Translations under genes and position numbers: made by a program
Shown here: positions 1 to 9,925 of the stretch, piece after piece
Position numbering within the stretch: the first letter of the stretch is position 1
Layout: the number at the start of each line of letters is the position of its first letter
Notes under the pieces: generated by a model
The model's database searches: none
What the model was told of the DNA's origin: nothing
What the model saw: only the letters and a program-made list of their open reading frames with translations
Source: a virus
Taxonomy: Duplodnaviria; Caudoviricetes
Strand: one strand, 5' to 3'
Length of the DNA: 57,307 bases
Virus record (IMG/VR): IMGVR_UViG_3300025133_007637
Span: 1-57,307 of that record

Positions 1-179
1 ACTCTGCCAGCCAAATGTATAATTGCATCAGGCTTTAATAGATCAAAAACTGCAAAACATTCAGAAGCATTTCTTAAATCACAATCGTGAGATGATAAAT
101 AATACCAATTAGGATTTTGTTTTTGGAGAGCTTTTCCAACAAAGCCAGTGCCACCTGTGACTAATACTTTGTTATCCAT
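1..179 (-). CDS. fcl: GDP-L-fucose synthase-like NAD(P)-dependent epimerase/reductase, N-terminal part (runs off window edge)
   Basis: Manual translation from ATG at 179: MDNKVLVTGGTGFVGKAL...LSSHDCDLRN...KPDAIIHLAGR, the extended-SDR GxxGxxG plus Fcl-type 'DLR' and 'IHLA' motifs. Not in the ORF track. Confidence 0.7.
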   Translation of the reverse strand, partial: MDNKVLVTGGTGFVGKALQKQNPNWYYLSSHDCDLRNASECFAVFDLLKPDAIIHLAGR

Positions 180-192
180 GTTTTTTTTCTTA

Positions 193-1255
193 TCAACTTT
201 CTTCTGTCGGATCCATGTAACACTTTTTTATATTCGAACTAAATTCTTGTTTTGAAGTTTTTTTGTGGTTTAAAAATACATTCAGTATTTTATTATAGTC
301 CTTTTTTCTAATCTTCTCAATTAAATTATATGTTTTTGCTACAAGATCTTGACTCTTGTTTCTAGCATTTTCCAAAGAAAACTGATTATTATCTGTAGTT
401 GTTAAATGTTTAACAGACCACTCCTTTGAGATTAAAAATACATCATTCATTGTTGAAGCGTGGATAGAAAAACCACCGTTTTCCCCACTAAGAATAATTC
501 CTTCGCTTAAGTAAAACAACGACATTAAATCATCTTGAGAAAACGAGCCATGAAGCTCAACATAATTTTCGTGGTGGTTGTGAAGCTTTTGTGGAGGAAA
601 GCCAATGTTTACAATTTTAATTCCATTATTGAGTAAATAAGGAATAATTTCTTTTAATTCTGGAACTGTCTGCAAAGTATTTGTATTTGATTGCTTTTTT
701 TCAAAATTTCTTGTAACTATAATGTATGTTTTTTTGTCAAAAATTGAACCATACTTCTCTTTTATGTTTTGAAAAGTTTTAAATTCTGGTTTTAAAAAAT
801 TCCCCTCTTTAATAAACGAACACAAGTTTCCAAAATCTCGTTTCCAATGTCCTAGGTCGCGGCCCTTGCTAAACCAACTTGAAAAAACAATATTATCATC
901 TAAATCTGAAATTTCAAAGTCATGGTACTTTACTATTTTAAAATCATTATTATTTTTATATTTTTTTTTGAACAAATTCAATTGTATCTTTCCATCTTGT
1001 TGAAGCTAATTCTCTACCATTCTCTACCATAATGTTTAAAACTTCGGGTAAATTTCCACTTTGTTTGTTCATATACTCATTTGATGCCAATAACAGCTCA
1101 TCTGCTTCACTAATTATTCCCACTGCTTTTTCTGGTATTGCACAAATTATTTTGATATTTTTATATCTTTTCTTAAGTTCTCGTAAGAAAAGATTACATT
1201 TTAAAAATGCATGAAATTCTAGAATGGGGCAATAGACAATAAGATCTTTATTCAT
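193..1255 (-). pseudogene. Frameshifted putative glycosyltransferase-like gene (ORFs 956-1255 and 193-981 join across an A9 run at 961-969)
   Basis: Upstream ORF ends CAA AAA AAA ATA TAA. Removing one A gives QKKYKNNNDF, in frame with the 262-aa ORF, for 353 aa in total. Product inferred from context only. Confidence 0.55.
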
Positions 1256-1259
1256 TGAC

Positions 1260-2204
1260 TTACCATCTCCAGCTTTTATGTTTTATAATTTTTTCTATTT
1301 CACTATCAAAATTCTTTTGCGGTTTCCAACCCAATTTACGCAATTTAGAATCATCTAAAGCATAACGTAGGTCTTGGCCTTCTCTCACAACTGAAAAATC
1401 TACATAATTTTCCCAATTGTCTAAAGTTCCATTAAAAGATTTAATAATTTTCTTTACAGTATCAATGTTTTTTTGCTCAAAGCCACCAGCAACATTGTAA
1501 ATCTCATTAACTTTCCCTGAATCTATTATTGTCATCGCAGCATTAGCAGTATCGCTCGCATGAAGCCAATTTCGTGTTGGCGTTCCGCCGTTATGTAATC
1601 TAATCTTTTTTCCTCTCATCAAATTTTTAATTGAAAGAGGAATTAGCTTTTCAGGATATTGGCCGATTCCATAGTTGTTCGTGGGACGCAAAATAATGTA
1701 TTTGATTTCATAGGTTCGTGACCAGGCATGAATTAACATGTCGGCGGCAGCTTTAGACGCAGAATAGGGATTGCTGGGCCTTAGAAGATCGTTTTCTGTA
1801 TGAGATCCCTCGATAATGTCACCATAAACTTCGTCTGTGCTAATGTGAAACAAAATTGGTCTGTCGTTACAATTTACAGGTTTAATTCTAACGTTTTCTA
1901 AGAGATTTTTAACACCGTTTATATTACTTTCTATAAACTTGTCGCTATTCACAATACTATTACCAACATGAGATTCTGCGGCAAAGTTTACTACATAATC
2001 GCAGTCATAAAGATTATTTAAATTTTTGATGTCGCACTTATCAAAAGCAAAGTTGGGATAATTTTTAAATTCTTTTAACAGTTCGTTATTTGAGGCATAA
2101 GTCATTTTATCAACGCCTCTAACGTGCCAACCTCGATTAAGTGCTTGGCGAGTAAAATAGGAGCCCATAAATCCCAAACAACCTGTTACATAAACTATCT
2201 TCAC
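1260..2204 (-). CDS. rfbB: dTDP-glucose 4,6-dehydratase
   Basis: NFAAESHV, HISTDEVYG, PYSASKAAAD, NNYGIGQYPEKLIP motifs. Confidence 0.9.
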   Translation of the reverse strand: MKIVYVTGCLGFMGSYFTRQALNRGWHVRGVDKMTYASNNELLKEFKNYPNFAFDKCDIKNLNNLYDCDYVVNFAAESHVGNSIVNSDKFIESNINGVKNLLENVRIKPVNCNDRPILFHISTDEVYGDIIEGSHTENDLLRPSNPYSASKAAADMLIHAWSRTYEIKYIILRPTNNYGIGQYPEKLIPLSIKNLMRGKKIRLHNGGTPTRNWLHASDTANAAMTIIDSGKVNEIYNVAGGFEQKNIDTVKKIIKSFNGTLDNWENYVDFSVVREGQDLRYALDDSKLRKLGWKPQKNFDSEIEKIIKHKSWRW

Positions 2205-3541
2205 TTAATGCCTTCGAAAAACTCATCTACTGATTTTTTGATGTATCTAATTTTATCATCTGTGATTCCGATAAAAGTTCCCAAAAAGAAAGAGTTAGTT
2301 GTTACTTGTTGGGCAACAGGGAACATTTCATCTAGATCTCCGTAATCAGAAGCCATGTGGTGATAGCCTGGATGTGTTAGAATATTGCCAGCAAAGAACG
2401 AACGGGTTTGAATTTTTTTGCCTTCAAGATGAGAAATGATGTCTTGCTTTTTAAAAGGCGCATCTTTTTTAACTGTCATCAAATAGGCAAACCAACAAGG
2501 ATCTGAGTTCGGGGTTGCTTTCGGCAAATGAAAATACTTTTCATAGGGTTTAAAAACCTCATTTAATTTAAGAAAATTAAACTTTCTTGCATGATCCATT
2601 TCAGGTAATTTTTTAAGTTGTTCTAATCCCATAGATGCCTGGAGATCAAGAGGTTTAAGATTAAAACCAATATCATCAAAAACATAACGATGATCATAAA
2701 CTGCTTCTTTCAAACCAGGAAGCCAATTCTTAAATCGATTGCCGCAAGCAGTTCCGTCCACAACGTTTCCTGGTTTCATTGTATTGCAATAACAGGCGCG
2801 GCCCCAATCTCTCAGGCTGGACACAGCCTTTCTAATTTTCTTATTATTTGTAGCAACAAATCCACCTTCGCCCATTGTCATGTGATGTGCCGGAAAGAAA
2901 GAACATGTTGAAATATCGCCAAAAGAGCCTAGTTTTTTGCCTCTATAGGTCGAACCAAGGGCATCACATGAGTCTTCTAAGAAAATAAGATTATTTTCTC
3001 TAACGATTTTCATTAATCTATCCATATCTGGAGGATTGCCCAAAACATGAGCAAAAGTTATGGCTCTGATTTCAGGATCATTCTTAACCAATTCTTCAAC
3101 TTGATTCAAGTCCAAATTCAAATCAGGTAATGTTACATCAACGAAAACTGGCTTGAATCCTAGCTGAATAATTGGATTAATTGTTGTTGGAAAACCAACA
3201 ACCGGAGTTATAATTTTTGAACCCTCTGGAAGAGCAAATCCTTTTTTGGATTTTGTAGCAGCCATCATTAATAAATTGGCTGAACTTCCAGAATTCACAA
3301 GACAACCAAATTTCATGCCAAGATGCTTTGGAAAGGCCATTTCAAATAGATTAGAGTCTTTCCCAAAAATAAGCCATTCGCTCAAAAGAGATTTTATAGC
3401 TTCGCGATATTCATTCTTGTCAAAGTGTGGGCCGGAATAGGAAACCCAATCCTCGCCCGGTTTCCAAGACTCGTTTTGTCGCTTTTCGTCAATGTAGTCT
3501 TCAACTAAAGATAAAATGTTTTCTAATTTTGTGTCAATCAT
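2201..3541 (-). CDS. rfbH: CDP-4-keto-6-deoxy-glucose 3-dehydratase (RfbH/DdhC, PMP-dependent)
   Basis: VNSGSSANLL, EDSCDALG, SFFPAHHMTMGEGG (His replaces the Schiff-base Lys), RDWGRACYC...TACG Fe-S cysteines, YDHRY. Confidence 0.9.
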   Translation of the reverse strand: MIDTKLENILSLVEDYIDEKRQNESWKPGEDWVSYSGPHFDKNEYREAIKSLLSEWLIFGKDSNLFEMAFPKHLGMKFGCLVNSGSSANLLMMAATKSKKGFALPEGSKIITPVVGFPTTINPIIQLGFKPVFVDVTLPDLNLDLNQVEELVKNDPEIRAITFAHVLGNPPDMDRLMKIVRENNLIFLEDSCDALGSTYRGKKLGSFGDISTCSFFPAHHMTMGEGGFVATNNKKIRKAVSSLRDWGRACYCNTMKPGNVVDGTACGNRFKNWLPGLKEAVYDHRYVFDDIGFNLKPLDLQASMGLEQLKKLPEMDHARKFNFLKLNEVFKPYEKYFHLPKATPNSDPCWFAYLMTVKKDAPFKKQDIISHLEGKKIQTRSFFAGNILTHPGYHHMASDYGDLDEMFPVAQQVTTNSFFLGTFIGITDDKIRYIKKSVDEFFEGIK

Positions 3542-3543
3542 TT

Positions 3544-3849
3544 TTATATTTCTTCTATCCTCTTTGTTTTATCACAAATTAATAAATCATAATGAGGTTT
3601 GCCCATTTTTAATTCATGGTGTTTAACATTCCATTCTTCAAGTTGATTTTTAGTTAATTCAGTCCAATCGAGTCCGGTTCCACTCCCCCGAGCGGTCCAA
3701 TAAATTATTTCATTTCCTTCATCGTATAAGTTATTAACCAAAGAAATATTATCTATAAGTGGGGTGGCCTTGCTATAATCTCTCGATTCATTCGGATTTG
3801 AATTCTTGTGTTCACAAATTGTTTCATCGATGTCTACATATATTATCAT
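3544..3849 (-). CDS. Small HAD-superfamily phosphatase (capsule-biosynthesis type)
   Basis: YVDIDETIC, YWTARG, GKPHYDLLICDK. Confidence 0.75.
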   Translation of the reverse strand: MIIYVDIDETICEHKNSNPNESRDYSKATPLIDNISLVNNLYDEGNEIIYWTARGSGTGLDWTELTKNQLEEWNVKHHELKMGKPHYDLLICDKTKRIEEI

Positions 3850-4700
3850 TATTCCCCTCTCAACTTTTTTCTAATAGAAATTTCGGCTGGTGTCACAACT
3901 TTATTAGAAGATCCCAAAATAGTATTAATATTTGAACACCTCTTTTTAAGCTTATCCATTCCCATAACTTCTAGACTTGCTTTCTGATCAGTGCCCCATA
4001 AATTATGAGAAAGGGTTATATGCCTTTCAATTACTTCGGCACCCAAAGCCACAGCAATAACTGTAGGCTCTAAATCTTCCTCGTGGCCCGAATATCCGAT
4101 CACACAATCATATCGTTCCTTATAAAATGGTATTAAATTTAAATTAAGTTCTGCGGGTGGCGTAGGATAGCTCGAATTGGTGTGCATTACTACTGGACTT
4201 TTGCCATTTTTCATTATTAAATTAACTGCTACATCAACTTCTCTCAGCGTAGACATTCCAGTAGACATTATTACTTGCACTCCAGATTTTGCACTCTCTA
4301 TAAGCAATTCCGTTTTTGTTATTAACGCTGAAGGGATCTTTATAAAAGGAACTTCATAATGTTTTAAAAAATTTAAACTATCCAAGTCCCACACAGATGC
4401 AGTCCAATCTAAAGGCTTCTCTAAACAATATTTGCGTACTTGATCATATTCTTTTTTCTGAAACTCGATTTTATATTTATAATCCAAATATGTCATCTTC
4501 CCCCACGGGGTTTCTCTCATCACCCCTTTTTGGTGTTCGGGAACACAAATATCTGGATTTCTTTTTTGGAACTTCGCACAATCCCAGTTACATGCATTTA
4601 CCGCATCAATTAGTTTTTTGGCAATTTGAATATCGCCATTATGATTTATTCCTATTTCTCCGATAAAATATGGATGTTCCAATTTATTAAAATCTAGCAT
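3849..4700 (-). CDS. neuB: NeuB-family nonulosonic acid (sialic/legionaminic/pseudaminic) synthase, lacking the C-terminal SAF domain
   Basis: FIGEIGINHNGD, AKFQKR, KIPSA, STGMS, GYSGHE, IERHITL. Start moved to ATG 4700 behind a GAGGAG SD. Confidence 0.88.
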   Translation of the reverse strand: MLDFNKLEHPYFIGEIGINHNGDIQIAKKLIDAVNACNWDCAKFQKRNPDICVPEHQKGVMRETPWGKMTYLDYKYKIEFQKKEYDQVRKYCLEKPLDWTASVWDLDSLNFLKHYEVPFIKIPSALITKTELLIESAKSGVQVIMSTGMSTLREVDVAVNLIMKNGKSPVVMHTNSSYPTPPAELNLNLIPFYKERYDCVIGYSGHEEDLEPTVIAVALGAEVIERHITLSHNLWGTDQKASLEVMGMDKLKKRCSNINTILGSSNKVVTPAEISIRKKLRGE

Positions 4701-4713
4701 TGTGTATCTCCTC

Positions 4714-5379
4714 TTATTTCTTTTCTTTAAATTCTTTAAGGTCGCTCTCATAGTCAACATCCACTATTGTATCGGACAAGGGGTAGAAGAATGTATCTTC
4801 ATAATATAAATTGTTGTCCAAACGATTTAAAATATTAGGGCTTGTAATTACCGTATAATGGCAAGCCTCAAAACACGCAGGATACTCTTGCCTTCTATAT
4901 AATTGATGATCAACAACTTTTGCCCCTTTCGATCCGTCTACAACAAGATAGCACATATAAGGATGAGTTAAAATTTTTTTTTGGCACAGGAGCGACTGGG
5001 CACCAGCTTTTAAATAAAAATCATATATTTTTTTAATATCATCAAATTTTCGTTGAGGGTAAGTTAAATACAGCGTGATTAAATCTTGAGTAGGAGATAT
5101 ATTAAATTTCTCTACTGCATCTTTTATAACAAGCTTCATACTCGTATCGTCCTGACACAAACTAGAGTCTCTTTTTAAAATTTTAAAGTTATATCTTTCG
5201 GCTCGTTTTATCAACTCTTCATCATCGGTAGTGAAAATGGTTCGCTCACATAAATATGCAGGTATTTTTTGGGCTGTATAATCAAAAAGGTATCTATTTT
5301 TATTTGGGAACCCTTTAGAATTTTTACGTGCCGGAATAATTATCCAAGCATTTTTCATCAACTCAGATTCATATTCCAC
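4714..5379 (-). CDS. neuA: Acylneuraminate cytidylyltransferase (CMP-nonulosonate synthetase)
   Basis: IIPARKNSKGFPNKN, TTDDEE, DVDYESD; adjacent to neuB. Confidence 0.8.
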   Translation of the reverse strand: MEYESELMKNAWIIIPARKNSKGFPNKNRYLFDYTAQKIPAYLCERTIFTTDDEELIKRAERYNFKILKRDSSLCQDDTSMKLVIKDAVEKFNISPTQDLITLYLTYPQRKFDDIKKIYDFYLKAGAQSLLCQKKILTHPYMCYLVVDGSKGAKVVDHQLYRRQEYPACFEACHYTVITSPNILNRLDNNLYYEDTFFYPLSDTIVDVDYESDLKEFKEKK

Positions 5380-5381
5380 AA

Positions 5382-7079
5382 TTACATCTCAAGTATTTTT
5401 TCTGTTTGGTCAGTATCAATATATTCTCTTGCCTGTAAAAATGTATCCATCGGCATGTTTCCAAAATTTACAGGATTTCCATACATATCATTCAACACTT
5501 TTGTAGCGTCATCCAATTCTAGCACATACTGATAAAAATTTTCATCACAAATTGGCTCTCCATCGCTATCAAAGGAAATATTAAAATGTTTAGACAACTC
5601 CGGGCGGACTTCGCGCCACATTTCGGTCCCTGGATATGCCGTTGCAGTAAACATACGAGCATTAACACTATCGTAAGCTCGCTTATATTCTGAAGTGCCC
5701 GGTACTAAATCCTTAGTACAAAAATTTTGTTGCCACTTAATAAAAGCTACGCTAGTTTGAAGATGCTCTAATTCTTCGCCGGGGAAGGCCATAATCCAAG
5801 TGCAGTTTCCATGAATATCGGCTTCCTTACAATTCTTAACCGCATTTACCATTGTAGTCGGAAAATCATAAATCTTCCCATTGATTCGTGTGGATGTTAT
5901 GCCATTCTTTAAAATAAATCCCCCTTTTTTCATATTCTCTAGTGTAATTGGAGATGCTGATTCTGCACCGAAACCAATATAAACACATCCAGATTCGGCC
6001 ATGTCAAAAAGTCGAGAATCAGCCTCGTCCATTCTAGTGTGAGTTCCCCACTTGATTTTGTCTATCCCGTATTCCTTAAAGACTGGCACCATTCGTTTAA
6101 TTCTTCTTTTATCTACGGCAAAGTTATCATCAGGAAATCCTATAAAATCCAAATTATAGGTATCTATATATTCTCGAATTTGTTTTGCAATATGCTCACA
6201 ACTTCTCATCCCGTAATTTCTTTCTCCCTGGGAACCTCTATAACAAAAAGTACACGCATAAGGACAGCCACGACTACTTACCGTGGTTAAACTTCTTTTC
6301 ATCTCAAACGGAGTAGCAGAACTATTATTGGCTCCTAATCCCCACACAGGAACCTTGATATAATCTTCTAATAAATTATAACCATGTGGATCTGACTCCA
6401 GTAAATCCAACGCAGCATAAGGCAATTTATTTAAATCTCTAGGTCTATTTCCCTCGTACTTAAACCGATGCTTTCCACCCACGTACTCAACATAATGCTG
6501 ACTTATTTGTTGAGACTTGACCGCTTTGTTAATTCCAAGCATCTTGATTGTTTTCACATCATTTAATATAGACAAGATCACATCATCACCTTCAGATCGG
6601 GCAATAGCATCTAATTCAGGAATCCACTTAAATAATCCCATGCTAATTTCTGTAGCAAGACCATTTCCAGTAACAAGAAAACAATCCCGCTGGTGTCTTC
6701 GGATAATTTTTGAAATTTGTTGCTGCCACCTTAAAGTCGTTATCTTTCCTGACAAAGCTATAATATCTTGATCACCAACATTTTCTAAATGCTTGAGAAT
6801 TATAGATTCTGCTTCAAGATAACTCAAGTGGCGACCATTAGGAAGGTTGCGATTAATTGCGATTTCATCTTTAATTCGATAACCGTTTAAATCAATAATA
6901 TGGGGCTCGGCTCCGTGATTTCTTGCAATTGAGGCTAAGATACCCGGACCCTCGGGAGGAACATTAGGAAGGGCGGCCTCTCGTAGTGGCATATTGATAA
7001 AAGTTATCTTTATCCCCCGAAAACTATTAGAAGAAAAATCTTCTACAGAATTTTTTATAATAGAAAGCAACTTGGACAT
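5382..7079 (-). CDS. Cobalamin-binding radical SAM protein (class B methyltransferase-like)
   Basis: SRGCPYACTFC (CxxxCxxC), FPDDNF, GFGAESAS, AYPGT; N-terminal B12-binding-like segment (GILASIAR..G..IIDLN, SEGD). Confidence 0.85.
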   Translation of the reverse strand: MSKLLSIIKNSVEDFSSNSFRGIKITFINMPLREAALPNVPPEGPGILASIARNHGAEPHIIDLNGYRIKDEIAINRNLPNGRHLSYLEAESIILKHLENVGDQDIIALSGKITTLRWQQQISKIIRRHQRDCFLVTGNGLATEISMGLFKWIPELDAIARSEGDDVILSILNDVKTIKMLGINKAVKSQQISQHYVEYVGGKHRFKYEGNRPRDLNKLPYAALDLLESDPHGYNLLEDYIKVPVWGLGANNSSATPFEMKRSLTTVSSRGCPYACTFCYRGSQGERNYGMRSCEHIAKQIREYIDTYNLDFIGFPDDNFAVDKRRIKRMVPVFKEYGIDKIKWGTHTRMDEADSRLFDMAESGCVYIGFGAESASPITLENMKKGGFILKNGITSTRINGKIYDFPTTMVNAVKNCKEADIHGNCTWIMAFPGEELEHLQTSVAFIKWQQNFCTKDLVPGTSEYKRAYDSVNARMFTATAYPGTEMWREVRPELSKHFNISFDSDGEPICDENFYQYVLELDDATKVLNDMYGNPVNFGNMPMDTFLQAREYIDTDQTEKILEM

Positions 7080-7128
7080 TTTCTAAAGCCTCACTTCTAG
7101 ATCAGATTTATCTTATCTATTAGATTTT

Positions 7129-7971
7129 TCATAATTTGTTGTTGTCTCGAAATGATAAATTATAAGGTAATTTATTATTTTTAAAAGACAGGTTGTGTAT
7201 TTCGACCCCATTATTATACCCTATTTTGCATAAATATTGTAGGTCATTTATGATTTGCTTTCTTTCAAAAGGATCATCAAAAGCATAAAGCTCCTGAGAT
7301 GTTTTTGATGATTTTATTTTTTCGTCAGTATAACCAGCATGTGTGTGTCCAGTTTTAGAAAGAGCCTCTGAATACGAAAGATCAAAACCTGTAACATGGA
7401 TTGGATTACAACCCAAAAACAAAGCTAATGCAATCATGTGATTGGTAACAGTATTACAGTGAGAATAGGCTGATTTAAATCCATATTTAGAAGCTAACAT
7501 AGATTGAAAGACTTTGTGTTCCCACAACCACGGATAAATCTCAAAAGAATCATCATCAAATTCTTCAAGTAATTTCTCAAATTCTGTTTTCAGTGGAATG
7601 GTGATCAAAGAGTTAATTTTTCTTTTTTGACATTCCCTTAAAGACTCTTTTAACGCCTCATAAGAATTAGCTGCAACCCAATAATCCGGTTGAAAATCTT
7701 CATCGAAGAAGTCTGGTATTAAATGAAAATCATTACAAGTTATTTTAACATAAGATTTATAAGATTCCTTATCCAACTCTAATAAACTTGGACCATGTGC
7801 AAGCACTACAGCGGGTTTGTTTTTGTGGAAATCTTTTAATGATAAAATCTTATCATAGCCATTTATCATTTTTTGGCGAAATAAAGATTCGTTCTTAACA
7901 AAATTAAATTCTTGACCTATTTTTGTTTTTAAATCTACATTTTCTACAAATTCTCTAATTTGTCTTTGCAT
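7129..7971 (-). CDS. Maf/DUF115 (MptE-like) family putative nonulosonate transferase
   Basis: AVVLAHGPSL, ITCN, ALFLGCNPIHVTGFDL...HAGY motifs; sits next to neuA/neuB. Confidence 0.65.
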   Translation of the reverse strand: MQRQIREFVENVDLKTKIGQEFNFVKNESLFRQKMINGYDKILSLKDFHKNKPAVVLAHGPSLLELDKESYKSYVKITCNDFHLIPDFFDEDFQPDYWVAANSYEALKESLRECQKRKINSLITIPLKTEFEKLLEEFDDDSFEIYPWLWEHKVFQSMLASKYGFKSAYSHCNTVTNHMIALALFLGCNPIHVTGFDLSYSEALSKTGHTHAGYTDEKIKSSKTSQELYAFDDPFERKQIINDLQYLCKIGYNNGVEIHNLSFKNNKLPYNLSFRDNNKL

Positions 7972-8809
7972 TACAAAAATCCTTTATAACCTTTTCCAAA
8001 CTGCTGTCTAAACCCTGTAGTTTTAAATTTAAAGAATTAAGATTATCTGCACACCCAGTATATTCCGGGGAAAATCCACCTTCTAATACTTTAATTTTAG
8101 GCTTTATAATCATAATCTTGTAAATTTTTTTAATCACTTCTTTTAATTCTACCTTTTCAGTATAGCATAAATTTAAATCCCTTGTCAACACCTTTTTATC
8201 ATAATTTTCTAAATAATAATCTATTACTTTACAAACATCATCAGCTGCAAAAAAATCCATTACCTTATTCTGGTGTATAATGGGGGCTTCGCCCTTCAAA
8301 ATTCTATTAACAGAACCCTTTATAAACCTATCTTCTTTTTCAAATTTACCAAAACAACCAAAAAGCCTGAAGTTGAAAAAATTCTCATCTGATTCTCTTA
8401 TTTTTTTTGAAATAAGATTTTTAGCTATTCCATAATAATCCAAAGGTACAAAATTTAAAATTTCCTCCTCTGAGGCGTTAATCACGCCATTGGGACGATT
8501 GAATTCTGCCCCGGAGCCGAAATTGATCAAAACCTTAAACTTATCCGAATTTTGAATAAGATTCTCAAACATTTTTAGATTATTTATAAAATCTGAGAAT
8601 GTGTCGTTATCATTTCTTTTTCCGCCTGAAATAGCGGTGTGTATTACTGCATCAACTTTGAAATTTAAAAAAAAGTTATCGACTTCCTCTTTTGAAGACA
8701 CATCAAGAACAGTTCTATTGGTGGCGATCAAATCATGCTTAGAGTTTAAAAAAGAGTTACAGATCTCTTTACTTAAAAAACTATTACATCCAGTTATTAA
8801 AATTCTCAA
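7955..8809 (-). CDS. NAD-dependent epimerase/dehydratase (extended SDR)
   Basis: ILITGCNSFLS, IHTAISGG, NFGSGAEF, YGIAK (YxxxK), FRLFGCFG. Confidence 0.8.
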   Translation of the reverse strand: MRILITGCNSFLSKEICNSFLNSKHDLIATNRTVLDVSSKEEVDNFFLNFKVDAVIHTAISGGKRNDNDTFSDFINNLKMFENLIQNSDKFKVLINFGSGAEFNRPNGVINASEEEILNFVPLDYYGIAKNLISKKIRESDENFFNFRLFGCFGKFEKEDRFIKGSVNRILKGEAPIIHQNKVMDFFAADDVCKVIDYYLENYDKKVLTRDLNLCYTEKVELKEVIKKIYKIMIIKPKIKVLEGGFSPEYTGCADNLNSLNLKLQGLDSSLEKVIKDFCNAKTN

Positions 8810-9288
8810 TATTTTCTCTTAAGATTCAAATAAAATGGTTTTTCATTATCAATGATTTCACGAAAAGAAATTTCTAATTCTGTTTTACCTTCAGGGTGGA
8901 GCATTGTTATATTAGAAAAATTTTGTATTATTTTTTTATCATCTTCTGACCAATGGGAAAACCCCAAATAACCATAGTCTTTATCTCTCCCGCCGCCAAT
9001 TAATTTAACTGGAATTTTCTCATGATCAATGTAATTTCTTATCAACTCAAAAGGTCTATACAACAAAAACGATGTTATTGAGTAGACAATAGGTATTTTT
9101 TTTTCCATCGCAAGCCCCACTGCGGACCCAACCATCAACTGTTCGGCAGAACCAACATTAATGAACCTATTGGGAAAGTCCTTTCTTATCTTATCCCACA
9201 AACCATAACCAAGATCGCCAGTAATCAGATAAATTTTCTCATTTTTTTGCATCTCTTTATACAATAATTTAGAAAAGTCTTTTCTCAT
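8806..9288 (-). CDS. Transketolase-like protein, pyrimidine-binding subunit
   Basis: TGDLGYG, RFINVGSAEQLMVG.A.GLA, RPFELIR, GFSHWS. Confidence 0.85.
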   Translation of the reverse strand: MRKDFSKLLYKEMQKNEKIYLITGDLGYGLWDKIRKDFPNRFINVGSAEQLMVGSAVGLAMEKKIPIVYSITSFLLYRPFELIRNYIDHEKIPVKLIGGGRDKDYGYLGFSHWSEDDKKIIQNFSNITMLHPEGKTELEISFREIIDNEKPFYLNLKRKY

Positions 9289-9925
9289 TCATTTCTCTCT
9301 TTCTTTTTAACATTTTTTTAGCCAAATCATAGTCATCAGAACTCATAATATGATAATGAGCATTTATTCCACATAAAAATGGAAAATGCTCTACTGTTGT
9401 ATGTCTTACTTTAACATTTGGATTAAATGCCTTTATCCTTTTAACTAAATAATCTTCATTTATTTTATCATAAGCACAATAGCCGTTTACGTTTAAATAA
9501 ATTTTCAAATTAGATAAACCATTTTCATAGGCAAATCTAAGACCTTCCCAGATAGAACCTTCTGCACACTCACCGTCACTAATTAAACAATAAACATTTT
9601 TATTTTTGTTTGCCAATGCTCTACCTATTGCCACTAACAAGCCAAGTCCCAAACTTCCCGTTGAACAATATAACTCATTTTTTTCATCTCGATAAGGGTG
9701 TCCACCATGTTTTATAAAAAGGCTTTCTGCGTTAATGTTAAAATGTTTTTCTATAACAACATAAAGAGCAACAGCCGCATGTCCAGAAGATAGAATGAAA
9801 ACATCATCTTTATTTTTTGTTTTAAAAATTTCCTCTATTATTTCTAAACTAGAAAAATAGCTTCCTAAATGTGATAAACTGTGTTTGTGTGCTATCTCTA
9901 TTATCCTTTCTTTTAAATTTTCCAT
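9269..9925 (-). CDS. Transketolase-like protein, TPP-binding subunit
   Basis: HLGSYFS, FILSSGHAA, STGSLGLG, ISDGECAEGSIWE...N (TPP motif). Confidence 0.85.
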   Translation of the reverse strand: MENLKERIIEIAHKHSLSHLGSYFSSLEIIEEIFKTKNKDDVFILSSGHAAVALYVVIEKHFNINAESLFIKHGGHPYRDEKNELYCSTGSLGLGLLVAIGRALANKNKNVYCLISDGECAEGSIWEGLRFAYENGLSNLKIYLNVNGYCAYDKINEDYLVKRIKAFNPNVKVRHTTVEHFPFLCGINAHYHIMSSDDYDLAKKMLKRKREMNEKRLF

